Source of the DNA: a virus
Lineage: Duplodnaviria; Caudoviricetes
Virus record (IMG/VR): IMGVR_UViG_2923649072_000003
Location: 1 to 64,000 of that record
Reading direction: 5' to 3' (one strand)
DNA length: 64,000 nt
The notes beneath the pieces are model-generated. The model had not been told where the DNA came from, did no database searches, and was given only the letters and a program-made list of their open reading frames with translations. Each line of letters begins with the position of its first letter. Position 1 is the stretch's first letter. Below are positions 19,506-28,441 of this stretch, one piece after another. The translations under genes and the position numbers were made by a program.

Positions 19506-19936
19506 TGCCTGACCTCGACCGCACGACCGTGATCCTGTCGATCCACGGCCGCCACATCAATCTGATGCAGGCCGACCTGAAAGACGTTGAGTGGCGACGC
19601 CGGATGCTGCCGGGCGCGGTTAAGAACGTCATCATGTGGCGGACCGCAACCCCAAAATGCCCCGGATACCTTGACGGATGGTTCGAGGTGAGCGAGCAGG
19701 TCTCCGGCACCGCCGAAGCCGTGAAGGCGTGGTGTCATCTTCACTCCTACTGGGCCGGGCTGAGCTTGGCGGAACTCGTCGAGTATGCAGGAAAGCCAGA
19801 AGGTCAAGTAACGGCGATACGTCGAGGTAGGACTACCTGGCTTCAGGCGGGGCAGACATTGGGCCTCACCCGCGGCCCGCAAGCCTTTCAGTACGCGCCG
19901 GCTGACTGGCGCGAGCGGCTGGAGGTGGCGTGGTGA
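19505..19936 (+). CDS. ASCH/PUA-like domain protein
   Basis: ILSIHGRHINLMQADLKDVEWRR resembles the ASCH start (LSI...K..E.R). Confidence 0.55.
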   Translation: MPDLDRTTVILSIHGRHINLMQADLKDVEWRRRMLPGAVKNVIMWRTATPKCPGYLDGWFEVSEQVSGTAEAVKAWCHLHSYWAGLSLAELVEYAGKPEGQVTAIRRGRTTWLQAGQTLGLTRGPQAFQYAPADWRERLEVAW

Positions 19937-20728
19937 ACCCCGTCCTCATCGTCGCTCTCTTCGCTACCTGTTGGCTGATCCTCAGACTGCTGGACTCTGT
20001 GATTCGATTCGACTGGACGACCTGCGTCGTAGCCTGCCTCGTATATGTCATCTCCGGGTTCTCACGCGCCGATGAACTGGTCGCTGCGGCCTGCAACTTC
20101 GGGATCGCTGGCTGGTACGCCTACCTGGCGTGGAAGCGTCGACCGCCGCGTAAACGGCGTGAGGCGAAGGCTCCTGGGCGAGTTAAGGACCTGGGGCACA
20201 AGCTGGTGGTCTCGTCGTGAAGTTCACCGTCGGCCAGCAGGTCCAGTACATCTGGGGCGCGTGGCGGGTCACGTCGGCCGCCGCTGGTCAGTACGTGATC
20301 GAGCCCGAAGACGACACCGCCCGGGAGGAGTTCCGGAAGATGGAGCCGCACCATCGGCGTCGGAAGTGGACGCCCGGAGACGTTCTCGACCGGGGGAGGC
20401 TCTTGGTATCCGGGAAGTCATTGCGCGCCTCCGAAACGGGGACGGGAGGAAGGGCATGAGCAACGTGACCCCGCTCCGCAAGCCGTCTCCCACGCCTCAT
20501 CTCGGCGCCCTCGACTGCACGTGGGCGGTCGACGTGAACCGCCATGACGCGGTCCGTCTCGTCGCTCGCCGCACCTCGGGGATCGTGACTGTGCAGTGGA
20601 AGCTCGAGCAGTGCGCCGGCGACCTCGACCCGCAGCATGTCGCGCGCCTGCATCGGCTGGTCTTGGGGGATGTCGAGCCGGGGGTGTCTGCGCTGATGTA
20701 CGCGGACATTGAGGCCGGGCAGCTGTAA
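19933..20728 (+). other. small coupled ORFs: 19933-20220 (membrane), 20217-20459, 20456-20728
   Basis: GTGA/ATGA overlaps. Confidence 0.55.
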
Positions 20729-20841
20729 CCCCATCGAACTCCCGCCCGGCCTGAGTGGGGAAGCTCGGGTCGGGCGGGGCAACACTCTGGGCGCGAGAAG
20801 CGTCTGAGCATCGAATCACCCACTGAGGAAGAGAGATCCGA

Positions 20842-21252
20842 GTGAAGAGCAAGAGACGTACCGCCGTTGCCGCCGCCATCATGGCCGGGGTCGCCGCGTT
20901 CGGCCTGTCCGCCTGTACCACCGAGGCCGAGAGCGTCAACGACAACCTCAGCAAGGACGCGGACAACTTCAAGGTCGCCCGCAAGATCACGTTCGTGAAC
21001 GGGATCACCGACAAGGTCATCCTCGAAGCGCAGGGCCTCTGCTCGGTCGACCCCGGCGACGGCAACAGAATGTTCGTCACGTGCAAGGACTCCGACGGCA
21101 AGTACGTCCGGCACTCACTCGGCAAGTCCGACAACGTGTTCTGGTTCGTCGAGCAACTCGAAGCGACCAACACGTCCACCAGCGCGTACCGGTTCGTCGT
21201 CCGGCCGGACTCGCTGATCCCTGAGGTGTCGGTTGAGGACGACGATCGGTGA
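20842..21252 (+). CDS. phage lipoprotein
   Basis: lipobox LSAC after signal peptide; NLS.DADNF...R.I.F.NGITD motif of a widespread phage family. Confidence 0.75.
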   Translation: MKSKRRTAVAAAIMAGVAAFGLSACTTEAESVNDNLSKDADNFKVARKITFVNGITDKVILEAQGLCSVDPGDGNRMFVTCKDSDGKYVRHSLGKSDNVFWFVEQLEATNTSTSAYRFVVRPDSLIPEVSVEDDDR

Positions 21253-21458
21253 CCACCTTCACCGAGTACGCCGAAGCGTTCGCGATCTTCGCCAAGTATC
21301 AGCCGCAAGGATCGAACGTTTCCGCCGAGCACGACGAAATCTGGGCTGGCCCTGCCGAAGGGTACGGGCCCATCAGCAACGAGGACCAGGGCCGACTCCG
21401 CGAACTTGGGTGGACCCACGACGGAGACGACAGCTACGGCTGGCACCTCTACGTGTAG
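21249..21458 (+). CDS. hypothetical protein
   Basis: SAEHDEIW...L.ELGW motif; coupled. Confidence 0.6.
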   Translation: MTTFTEYAEAFAIFAKYQPQGSNVSAEHDEIWAGPAEGYGPISNEDQGRLRELGWTHDGDDSYGWHLYV

Positions 21459-21468
21459 TAAGCGCAGT

Positions 21469-21499
21469 GACGCCCCGGCAGGAGGGTTGCCGGGGCGTC
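21469..21499. terminator. bidirectional terminator
   Basis: perfect 12-bp stem GACGCCCCGGCA/TGCCGGGGCGTC between convergent genes. Confidence 0.75.
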
Positions 21500-21512
21500 C
21501 GTCTGTGTGCGT

Positions 21513-21791
21513 TCAGGCGGTGCGCTGCAGGGGAATGTAGGCGAGCTGAGTGCCGGCCTGGGCGACGTACTCGCGGAAGGTCTCGATGGGGACGACGTTG
21601 CGGCCGAGAGCGGCGACAACGACGCCCGTGTGGTGGCGGGTGATGAGCGCGTAGAGCGATCCGGCCTGGATGATGCGGTGGCAGCCTGGGTCTTCTACGC
21701 CGGGCGGGACCGGGAGGGTGTGGAGCTTGGTGTCGCACCAGGGCTCGGTGTGCGTGGTCTCTCTGTCGTCGATGTCTGACGTCGCTGTCAT
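21513..21791 (-). CDS. hypothetical protein
   Basis: RBS GAGGGG; H..PWC...H motif. Confidence 0.5.
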   Translation of the reverse strand: MTATSDIDDRETTHTEPWCDTKLHTLPVPPGVEDPGCHRIIQAGSLYALITRHHTGVVVAALGRNVVPIETFREYVAQAGTQLAYIPLQRTA

Positions 21792-22166
21792 GGGTAGCAG
21801 CCCCCTCGTCGGCCGTGGTCCCGGCCCCTTGTGTCGTCGACCCTTCTCGGTGCCCGCTGGTGCCCGCATGCCCGCCATTGTCACTCGGTGAGTGAGACAT
21901 CCTGACCCGATACACGAGGGGATGCACGGGTGGTTACCCCCTCATTGCGGGAACGATCCAACATTTGAACACTCGGCCTACCGGCGGGTGCCACTCGGAG
22001 GTGCTACCCATCAGTCAAATGGATGGTGAATCGGTATTCATGTGGCCGATGGGGTTATGAGCTGATCGGCCACTCAGTATGCGGATTGCGCATCAGACAG
22101 GCCCTCATGGTCCGCCAATGCGCCAGGGGGAGACGCCAGAGGAGGTCGCACTCAAAGCTCGGATGC

Positions 22167-22421
22167 ATGGCCGACGACCTGCGCTCGGCGGTCGCCAGCG
22201 CAGTACGCGCCAGGCGAACCCTTGCCGGCCTCACGCAGGGCCAGCTCGCCGGCGCCATGGGAGTCGACCAGGCCGTCATCTCACGTATCGAAGCCGCGGT
22301 TCGTCCGATCCCACTCGGTGACGAACTGGTCAGGCTCTGCGAGCAGCTCGGCTGCACACTTCGGCAGCTCCTGGAAGACGCAAACCCCGAACAGCGTCGC
22401 GCGCTAGGAATCCGCGACTAA
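22167..22421 (+). CDS. XRE-family transcriptional regulator
   Basis: VRARRTLAGLTQGQLAGAMGVDQAVISRIE. Confidence 0.85.
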   Translation: MADDLRSAVASAVRARRTLAGLTQGQLAGAMGVDQAVISRIEAAVRPIPLGDELVRLCEQLGCTLRQLLEDANPEQRRALGIRD

Positions 22422-22693
22422 AGAGACGTGTCCTCGTACGGGGGGAGGCCGACAGCCTCACGATCGTCCGGGTCCAAGAGCTGCAGTAGCTGACGCAGCG
22501 GCCGGCCGAGCGCCCTGCAGACACCCGCGGCCTCTTCGAGCCTGATCGAGGCCTCGCCCATCTCGACGCGGGACACGTGCTTCTGGTCCCAGCCCTCGAC
22601 ACGTTCGGCGAGTTCGGCCTGAGATAGGCCGGCCGCGACTCGCCACATCTTCACGGCACGGCGGATGGCTAGGCGCCCGCTCGTGCTCGTCAC
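22418..22693 (-). CDS. XRE-family transcriptional regulator
   Basis: WRVAAGLSQAELAERV...VSRVEMG. Confidence 0.85.
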   Translation of the reverse strand: MTSTSGRLAIRRAVKMWRVAAGLSQAELAERVEGWDQKHVSRVEMGEASIRLEEAAGVCRALGRPLRQLLQLLDPDDREAVGLPPYEDTSL

Positions 22694-22813
22694 GCACCGA
22701 CATTCACAGCGGCCGGGACATCTTGTCCCATTCGCTGTCTGCGGTAGACGCTTATGGTCTAGCGTACGAGGCAGATCGTCACAGAGCAGTCACCGGCCGT
22801 CGGGGGAGACGCC

Positions 22814-23098
22814 ATGGCAGCAGTGATCGGGATCATCGTCGTCGCGGCAGTCGTCTGCGTGCTGACCGTCAGATACCTCTGCCGCCGCTACAGGCCCGCA
22901 CTCAAAGACGGCGAGGTGGACTACCACGGGGTGGCCGTGAAGATGCAGCCCCACCCTCGCCGGCCCGACGCGCTGCATGTGTTCACCAGGACCGCCAGTG
23001 ACGCGCGCCGCGTACATGCTCGGCTCACCCGGGACCCAGGCATCGCGTCCGCCCAGATCATCGGCCCGGACCAGCGCACCATCTTCATCACCCACTAG
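22814..23098 (+). CDS. membrane-anchored hypothetical protein
   Basis: N-terminal TM; RBS GGGGAG. Confidence 0.6.
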   Translation: MAAVIGIIVVAAVVCVLTVRYLCRRYRPALKDGEVDYHGVAVKMQPHPRRPDALHVFTRTASDARRVHARLTRDPGIASAQIIGPDQRTIFITH

Positions 23099-23232
23099 TC
23101 GACCCCACCCCTGACGTCCCCTCGCCTGGGGTGGGGTGCCGCACCCGGTGCACTGCGGGACCGGGTGCGACGAGGGCCCCTGACCGCTGCGGCGAGACGG
23201 TCAGGGGCCCTCACCCTCTTGGAGGCATCATC

Positions 23233-23460
23233 ATGGTCGAGTTGCACGGCGGTCTCGCGGACGGACTGTGCTGTGGTGGGATCCCCTGGGGATGGCCGTG
23301 CGTGTGGATCACCGTCGACCGTGGCGTGGCCCTTGCGCTGCTCGATGCGCAGCGGTGGCCCGGGATGCTCGTCACCGACCCTGAGGTGCAGTGGACGATG
23401 TACGTGCCGCAGCGGCGGGGAGTGTGGCGGGCTCTCGGGGAGCGAAGCCCGTGGCGCTAG
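23233..23460 (+). CDS. hypothetical protein
   Basis: RBS GGAGG; VELHGG..DG start. Confidence 0.5.
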   Translation: MVELHGGLADGLCCGGIPWGWPCVWITVDRGVALALLDAQRWPGMLVTDPEVQWTMYVPQRRGVWRALGERSPWR

Positions 23461-23546
23461 TCGGGCTGAACGCAGTAGGCCCCGCCATCGGCTCTACCCC
23501 GTGATCAGCGAGGTCGGCGAGCGAACGGCGGGGCCTGTCAGTGAGG

Positions 23547-23888
23547 CTACTCGCCGCGCTGCTCGAGCTCGGCGATGCGGCGCTTCAGCTCCGGGATCTC
23601 AGCGAGCTGCTCGGTGACCTGATCCCGCCAGGCCTGCCATCCGACAGGATCGGGCGGGATAGGGAGCGCGAAGTAGCCTGCCCCGCGACGCCTCTCAATG
23701 ACGCCCTCGACGGCGAGTGCCTCCATTGCGTCCTTGATGACCTGTACGCCGACGCCCTGCTTGGCCCATTGGCTCTGGCTGGGCAGTTGCTCGCCCGGCT
23801 TGATTTCGCCTGCTGCGATGCGGCGCCTGAGGTCGTCGGCGATCTCTCTCCACTGGGCTGGCACGTGCTCATGATGCCCGACCATCAC
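23547..23888 (-). CDS. GntR-family wHTH regulator (KorA/TraR-like); start may be GTG 23864
   Basis: WREIADDLRRRIAAGEIKPGEQLPS...L..EG.IERRRGAGYF. Confidence 0.85.
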   Translation of the reverse strand: MMVGHHEHVPAQWREIADDLRRRIAAGEIKPGEQLPSQSQWAKQGVGVQVIKDAMEALAVEGVIERRRGAGYFALPIPPDPVGWQAWRDQVTEQLAEIPELKRRIAELEQRGE

Positions 23889-23928
23889 TCGCTCGGAGCA
23901 GGCAACTGAAGTTACCTCCCCGTTCGAC

Positions 23929-23963
23929 TTGACCTAGGTCTTGCCTAGGTCTCTACTTAGGTT
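23929..23963. promoter_or_regulatory. divergent promoter/operator with CCTAGGT repeats
   Basis: palindrome GACCTAGGTC 23931-23940, then GCCTAGGTC and CTTAGGT; TTGACC -35-like. Confidence 0.55.
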
Positions 23964-23965
23964 CC

Positions 23966-24166
23966 ATGAAGGAACGGAGCAATGGGAGCAGGTTCCTGAC
24001 GACAGGTCAGGTCGCCGACCTCCTGGGGCTCTCCCGCTGGACCATCCGCCGCAAGTGCGAGGCAGGCGACTACAAGGGCGCCGACCGTCCCGCCGGACCC
24101 ACCGGCCAATGGCGCATTCCCGCCGCGGCGATCCAGCACGACGACCCACGGAAGGAACCGTCATGA
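23966..24166 (+). CDS. excisionase-like (HTH_17/MerR-type) DNA-binding protein
   Basis: FLTTGQVADLLGLSRWTIRR...GQWRIP. Confidence 0.8.
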   Translation: MKERSNGSRFLTTGQVADLLGLSRWTIRRKCEAGDYKGADRPAGPTGQWRIPAAAIQHDDPRKEPS

Positions 24167-25076
24167 CCGCCACCGCCACCCGCCGGAAGCCCCGCGTCGC
24201 AGGCCATCCCAAGTGCCCGATCGGATGCCCCGACTGTCACCTCCCCATCAAGGGAAAGACCCGACGGGAACGGGACTTCTTCATTGGCGTCCATCGGGGC
24301 ATGCACCACGGCGTTCGCTAACCGAAACCACAGCATCCACGGGGGAAACGATGATGCTCGCCGTACGAGAGACCTACACCGGAGTCGCCCGCGAATGGCG
24401 GATCCTGCGCTCCGGCAATGAAGTCCGCACCGAACACATGACCCGCGAACAGGTCAACGACCTCCTGCGGGACCTCAACCAGATCGACGACTGTTACTCG
24501 GCGGAGGCGGCCTGATGGCGAATCTCAGCGAACACGTCACCGCGATGACGGGCGACAACGACATCCCCAGCATCCGTGAACGGCGCCAGTTCCCGTGGCG
24601 CCGGGCCGTCCACTGGCTCGGGTGGGGGATCTTCCTTCCCGGCATGTGGTTCGTGATGACCGGATTCCTCGATGTCCTCTCAAGTGGAGCGGGTCTTCCC
24701 GTCTCTGCTCCTGACCCGACGACCTTCGCGGTGCGCCAGATCGCGGGAATTGCTGCAGTGGGCCTTGGCTCGCTGATGTGGGAGAAGCGGCCGTGAGTGA
24801 CGACCGATGCTGTCAGGCCTGCGGACATCGCAAGTCCGACGTGCAGCCCAGGAACGTGCCTGCCAAGGGTGGGTGGCCGGCCGTGCGAGATGCGCTGCTG
24901 TGCGGTGGGTGCGCGAAGGATCTGGGGGCGTCGTGAACGTCCTGATCTACGTGCTTGCCGCAGTCGGGGTGCTGACTCTGTCGGCCATCGTCACCGGTGA
25001 TCCGCTGTGGATCCCGTCCCACGTCGGGGTGGTCGTGGCGCACCTGGCGGACGCGATCGAAAGTCTCTTCAAGTAG
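24163..25076 (+). other. small ORFs ahead of the tra operon: 24163-24321 (Zn-finger-like), 24351-24515, 24515-24796 (2 TM), 24933-25076 (TM)
   Basis: coupling, RBSs, hydrophobic segments. Confidence 0.5.
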
Positions 25077-25149
25077 TCCTCCGGCAAGAAGGAGGCGTTC
25101 AGTGTCATCCGAGTTGCCAGACCGCTGGCAATTAGCAGAGGAGTCCGTA

Positions 25150-25425
25150 ATGCACGCAGTTCACCAGGGCGCAGTCTGGCTCGCCAGCGAGACCGACGGT
25201 CCGTCCTTCAACTCGAACGGCCTCGTCGAGTGGGGCGTCCAGAACATCATCCCTCTGGTTCTGCTTGTCATCGGTATCGGCATCATTGCCAGCGCCCGCA
25301 AGGGGGCGATGAAGGACAACGCGAACACGGTGACGAACGTGATCATTGGGCTCTGTGTCATCGCCGGAGCAGCCGTGCTCTACGGGTTCGCTGGCCAGCT
25401 TACTGACCTGATGTTCTCCGCCTGA
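25150..25425 (+). CDS. TcpD/VirB2-like small membrane protein
   Basis: 91 aa, two TM helices separated by a basic loop, first gene of the T4SS-like operon. Confidence 0.55.
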   Translation: MHAVHQGAVWLASETDGPSFNSNGLVEWGVQNIIPLVLLVIGIGIIASARKGAMKDNANTVTNVIIGLCVIAGAAVLYGFAGQLTDLMFSA

Positions 25426-25781
25426 TGAGGTCCCGCCCCGATGACCTGATTTACCAGGCGGACACGGTCTGGCTCGGGCCCCAAGGCATGACGTGGCCCT
25501 GGGTGGCTCGCTACAAGGCGTACGGCGTCTGGCTCCTGACCTTCCTCGGGATCCTCCTCGTCGAGGCCATCACCCCCTTGAAGGTCGGTATCCCTCCCGT
25601 CTGGGAGCTGTGCATCTCGATCCTCGCCACGTACGCCGTGATGAGCCTCGTCACCCACGAACGCCCCCTGTCGAGCCTGTGGCGCGTCCTGCTCGCGGAG
25701 GTGAAAACCCCTCGAGCGCAGCGTGTACGCCGGTCCCGCCCCGTGGACCGCTCCCTGAAAATCGTCCGGAAGGCACCCTGA
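25425..25781 (+). CDS. TcpE/VirB3-like conjugation membrane protein
   Basis: two TM helices, directly upstream of the VirB4 ATPase. Confidence 0.6.
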   Translation: MRSRPDDLIYQADTVWLGPQGMTWPWVARYKAYGVWLLTFLGILLVEAITPLKVGIPPVWELCISILATYAVMSLVTHERPLSSLWRVLLAEVKTPRAQRVRRSRPVDRSLKIVRKAP

Positions 25782-28441
25782 TGTTCCGCAAGAACAAACC
25801 CGCAGGCGAGGTGATGCCCAAGTCGCCGCTCGCCGCTTCCATGATCGACGGTCACATCGTCTACACCGGATCCGACGTGTGGGCGTGGCACGAGATCCCC
25901 ACCCAGCGGTGGGCGTTCCGTGCCGACGGTGAGCGCCTGAACCTGATCCTCGACATCGCCTCCCGGACCGCCGCATTGCAGGGACGGCAGATCCGCATGC
26001 GGGTCACAGCTCAGCCCCTCGACGCCGCACGGTGGGCCGACACTCTCGGCGGGGAACTGACACCGGCCCCGCTGCCTGGGTACGGCGAGCATCTCGCCAC
26101 GGTCCGCGACCACCTCTCCGAGGGGGTCGGTGCGCTCAAGCGCGCCTACATCGGCGTTCGGCTCACGGCCCGCCAGGGCGGCGGGCCGGTGAACGCGGCG
26201 TTCGACAAGGTGATGGGCCGGGCATCGCAGGGCCTCGAGAAGAAGGTCCGCGACGACGCGGCCATCGTCGCGGAAACCCTGGCCGGGGTGGGTATCGAGG
26301 CTGAGCCGGCGAGCGCGGCTTCGATGGAGTGGCTGATGCGTCGCTCTATCGAGCTGGGTATGCCCGCCCCGCAGGAACTCTCTCCGAGCGAGGCCGAGGG
26401 GCGCTGGGACTCCGGGGACCTGCACGAGCTGACCGAGAACGTCTCCCACGAGGCGGGCATGCTGTCCGACGAGGTGAAGGTGATCGGGCGTGGCCGGCTC
26501 GCCGGTCTCGAGCGGTGGGTGTCCGTGCTGACGGTGGGGCGGGTCGATCAGATCGAGATCCCGGACCCGGCGCACGTGCCGTGGCTCGCCGAGACCGACC
26601 GGCTCCCCTTCCCCGTCGAGTGGTCGATGAACCTGACCGTCCTGGACGGCGATCAGGCGAAGAAGGCCGTGCAGCGCAAGCTCCTCGTCATCCGGGACAT
26701 GCAGAAGCACTACGCGGAGCACGGCCTGGACGAGCCGCTCGCCCTTGAGCGGCAGGTCGAGCAGGCCCGGCAGGTCGAGGACGAGATGACGACGGGCCGC
26801 GACGTTCAGGCGACCCGCGTGCACGGCTGGTACCGGGTGGCCGTGTGGGGTGAGACCCGAGAGGAGTGCCGTGAGCGCGCCCGGATCCTGATCGACCGGT
26901 ACCGCAAGCGTCAGGTCACGATCGCGCGGCCGAAGGGCCAGTGGGGGCTGCTGCGTGAGTTCATCCCGGGTGAGCCGCTGTCGGACGCCGCGTACCAGCG
27001 GCGGCTCCCGGCCCTGTACTTCGCCGCCGGGGTCCCGCAGACCGCGTCGGCTCTCGGTGACGGCCGCGGCCCGTACATCGGTCACACGACGGGCGCCGGC
27101 CACCAGGCCGTCAACTTCGACACGCACTTCTCCACGGAGGTCCGGGAGACCTCAGGTCTCGTACCGATCGTCGGTGGCCTCGGGGCCGGCAAGTCGGTCC
27201 TCGCGGGGCTCATCACCTATGAGGCCGTGCGTCGCGGTGTTACGTCCGTGATGCTCGACCCGTCCGGGCCTCTCGCGGCACTGACGAAGCTCCCCGAGCT
27301 GCAGGAACACTCGCGGCACATCGACCTGATGGCCGCCCCGGCGGGCACACTGAACCCGTACGCGGTCGTCGCGCAGCCGCGGTCGGTCGACTACTTCGGC
27401 CGGCCCGACGAGCTGGAGGAGGCCCGGACGCTCGCGGCGCAGGACCGCAAGCTCCTCGCGATCGACGTGGCGACCATGCTGCTGCCCGCCGACCTGGCGA
27501 CACAGGGCCGCGCCCGGCTCCTGATCACCGAGGCGGTGCGCTCGACTCGGGGCCTGCCGACGGCGTCGCTGTGGCAGGTCGTGAAGTACCTCGAGCAGGA
27601 GAGCGACGGCAAGGACATTGCCGCGTACATGCGGGACATGGCCGAGATGCCGATGGCCCGCCTGTTCTTCCCCAATGAGGGAGACGGCCAGGCGCAGAAC
27701 GACGACTCGGACGAGGCGAAGCTGACGGTCCTCACGATGGCGGGTCTGGTTCTCCCGCCGAGCTCGGTCCCGCGCGAGCACTGGTCGACGACCGAGCAGC
27801 TCGCGGTGCCGCTGCTGCACCTCGCGTCCTGGTACGCGACTCGCACGATCTACGGCCGGCCCCGGGACGAACGCAAGCTCGTGGCCCTCGACGAGACCCA
27901 CTTCCTCGGCGAATGGGGTGCGGGCCGGGCGCTGTTCAACCGACTCGGCCGTGACTCCCGGAAGTGGAACACGTGCGTTCTGGCCGCGTCGCAGAACCCG
28001 GCGGACGTGCTGGGCATGGAGGTGTCGAACTTCGTGTCGGCAGCGTTCGTGGGTCGGATCCAGGACGAGAAGGTCGCGGAGGATGCTCTGCGGCTGCTGA
28101 ACGTCCCGGTCGGTGACGGGTACGAGGGTGCGCTTGCTCGGTTGTCGCCCCGGTCGATGTCGGGTCAGCGGTCGGGTGTGCGCGAGTTCGTGATGCGTGA
28201 CGTCGATGGGCGCGTGGACAAGATGCGCGTCGACCTGGATCACCTGCCGAGTCTGCTGGCTGCGCTCGACACAACTGCGGCGCCAAGTTTGCCGCGACCG
28301 GAGCCGGCAGCCGACCACCATGCGGCCACGATCGAAAGCTTTGAGGAGCGGACCATTCGGCTGCCACAGCCGGCGCGGACGCGCCGGGCGATGCCAGCCG
28401 CAGTGGATAACGTCACCGCCGGGCTGGGCGGTGGCCAGTGA
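25781..28441 (+). CDS. virB4: VirB4/TcpF-like conjugation ATPase
   Basis: ~886 aa; Walker A GGLGAGKS, LDPSG, Walker B LVALDETHF, RDSRKWN..LAASQN. Confidence 0.85.
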   Translation: MFRKNKPAGEVMPKSPLAASMIDGHIVYTGSDVWAWHEIPTQRWAFRADGERLNLILDIASRTAALQGRQIRMRVTAQPLDAARWADTLGGELTPAPLPGYGEHLATVRDHLSEGVGALKRAYIGVRLTARQGGGPVNAAFDKVMGRASQGLEKKVRDDAAIVAETLAGVGIEAEPASAASMEWLMRRSIELGMPAPQELSPSEAEGRWDSGDLHELTENVSHEAGMLSDEVKVIGRGRLAGLERWVSVLTVGRVDQIEIPDPAHVPWLAETDRLPFPVEWSMNLTVLDGDQAKKAVQRKLLVIRDMQKHYAEHGLDEPLALERQVEQARQVEDEMTTGRDVQATRVHGWYRVAVWGETREECRERARILIDRYRKRQVTIARPKGQWGLLREFIPGEPLSDAAYQRRLPALYFAAGVPQTASALGDGRGPYIGHTTGAGHQAVNFDTHFSTEVRETSGLVPIVGGLGAGKSVLAGLITYEAVRRGVTSVMLDPSGPLAALTKLPELQEHSRHIDLMAAPAGTLNPYAVVAQPRSVDYFGRPDELEEARTLAAQDRKLLAIDVATMLLPADLATQGRARLLITEAVRSTRGLPTASLWQVVKYLEQESDGKDIAAYMRDMAEMPMARLFFPNEGDGQAQNDDSDEAKLTVLTMAGLVLPPSSVPREHWSTTEQLAVPLLHLASWYATRTIYGRPRDERKLVALDETHFLGEWGAGRALFNRLGRDSRKWNTCVLAASQNPADVLGMEVSNFVSAAFVGRIQDEKVAEDALRLLNVPVGDGYEGALARLSPRSMSGQRSGVREFVMRDVDGRVDKMRVDLDHLPSLLAALDTTAAPSLPRPEPAADHHAATIESFEERTIRLPQPARTRRAMPAAVDNVTAGLGGGQ

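Noticed and set aside
20842-21252. Recombination directionality factor label that I recall being attached to this family
   Set aside because: signal peptide and lipobox indicate a lipoprotein
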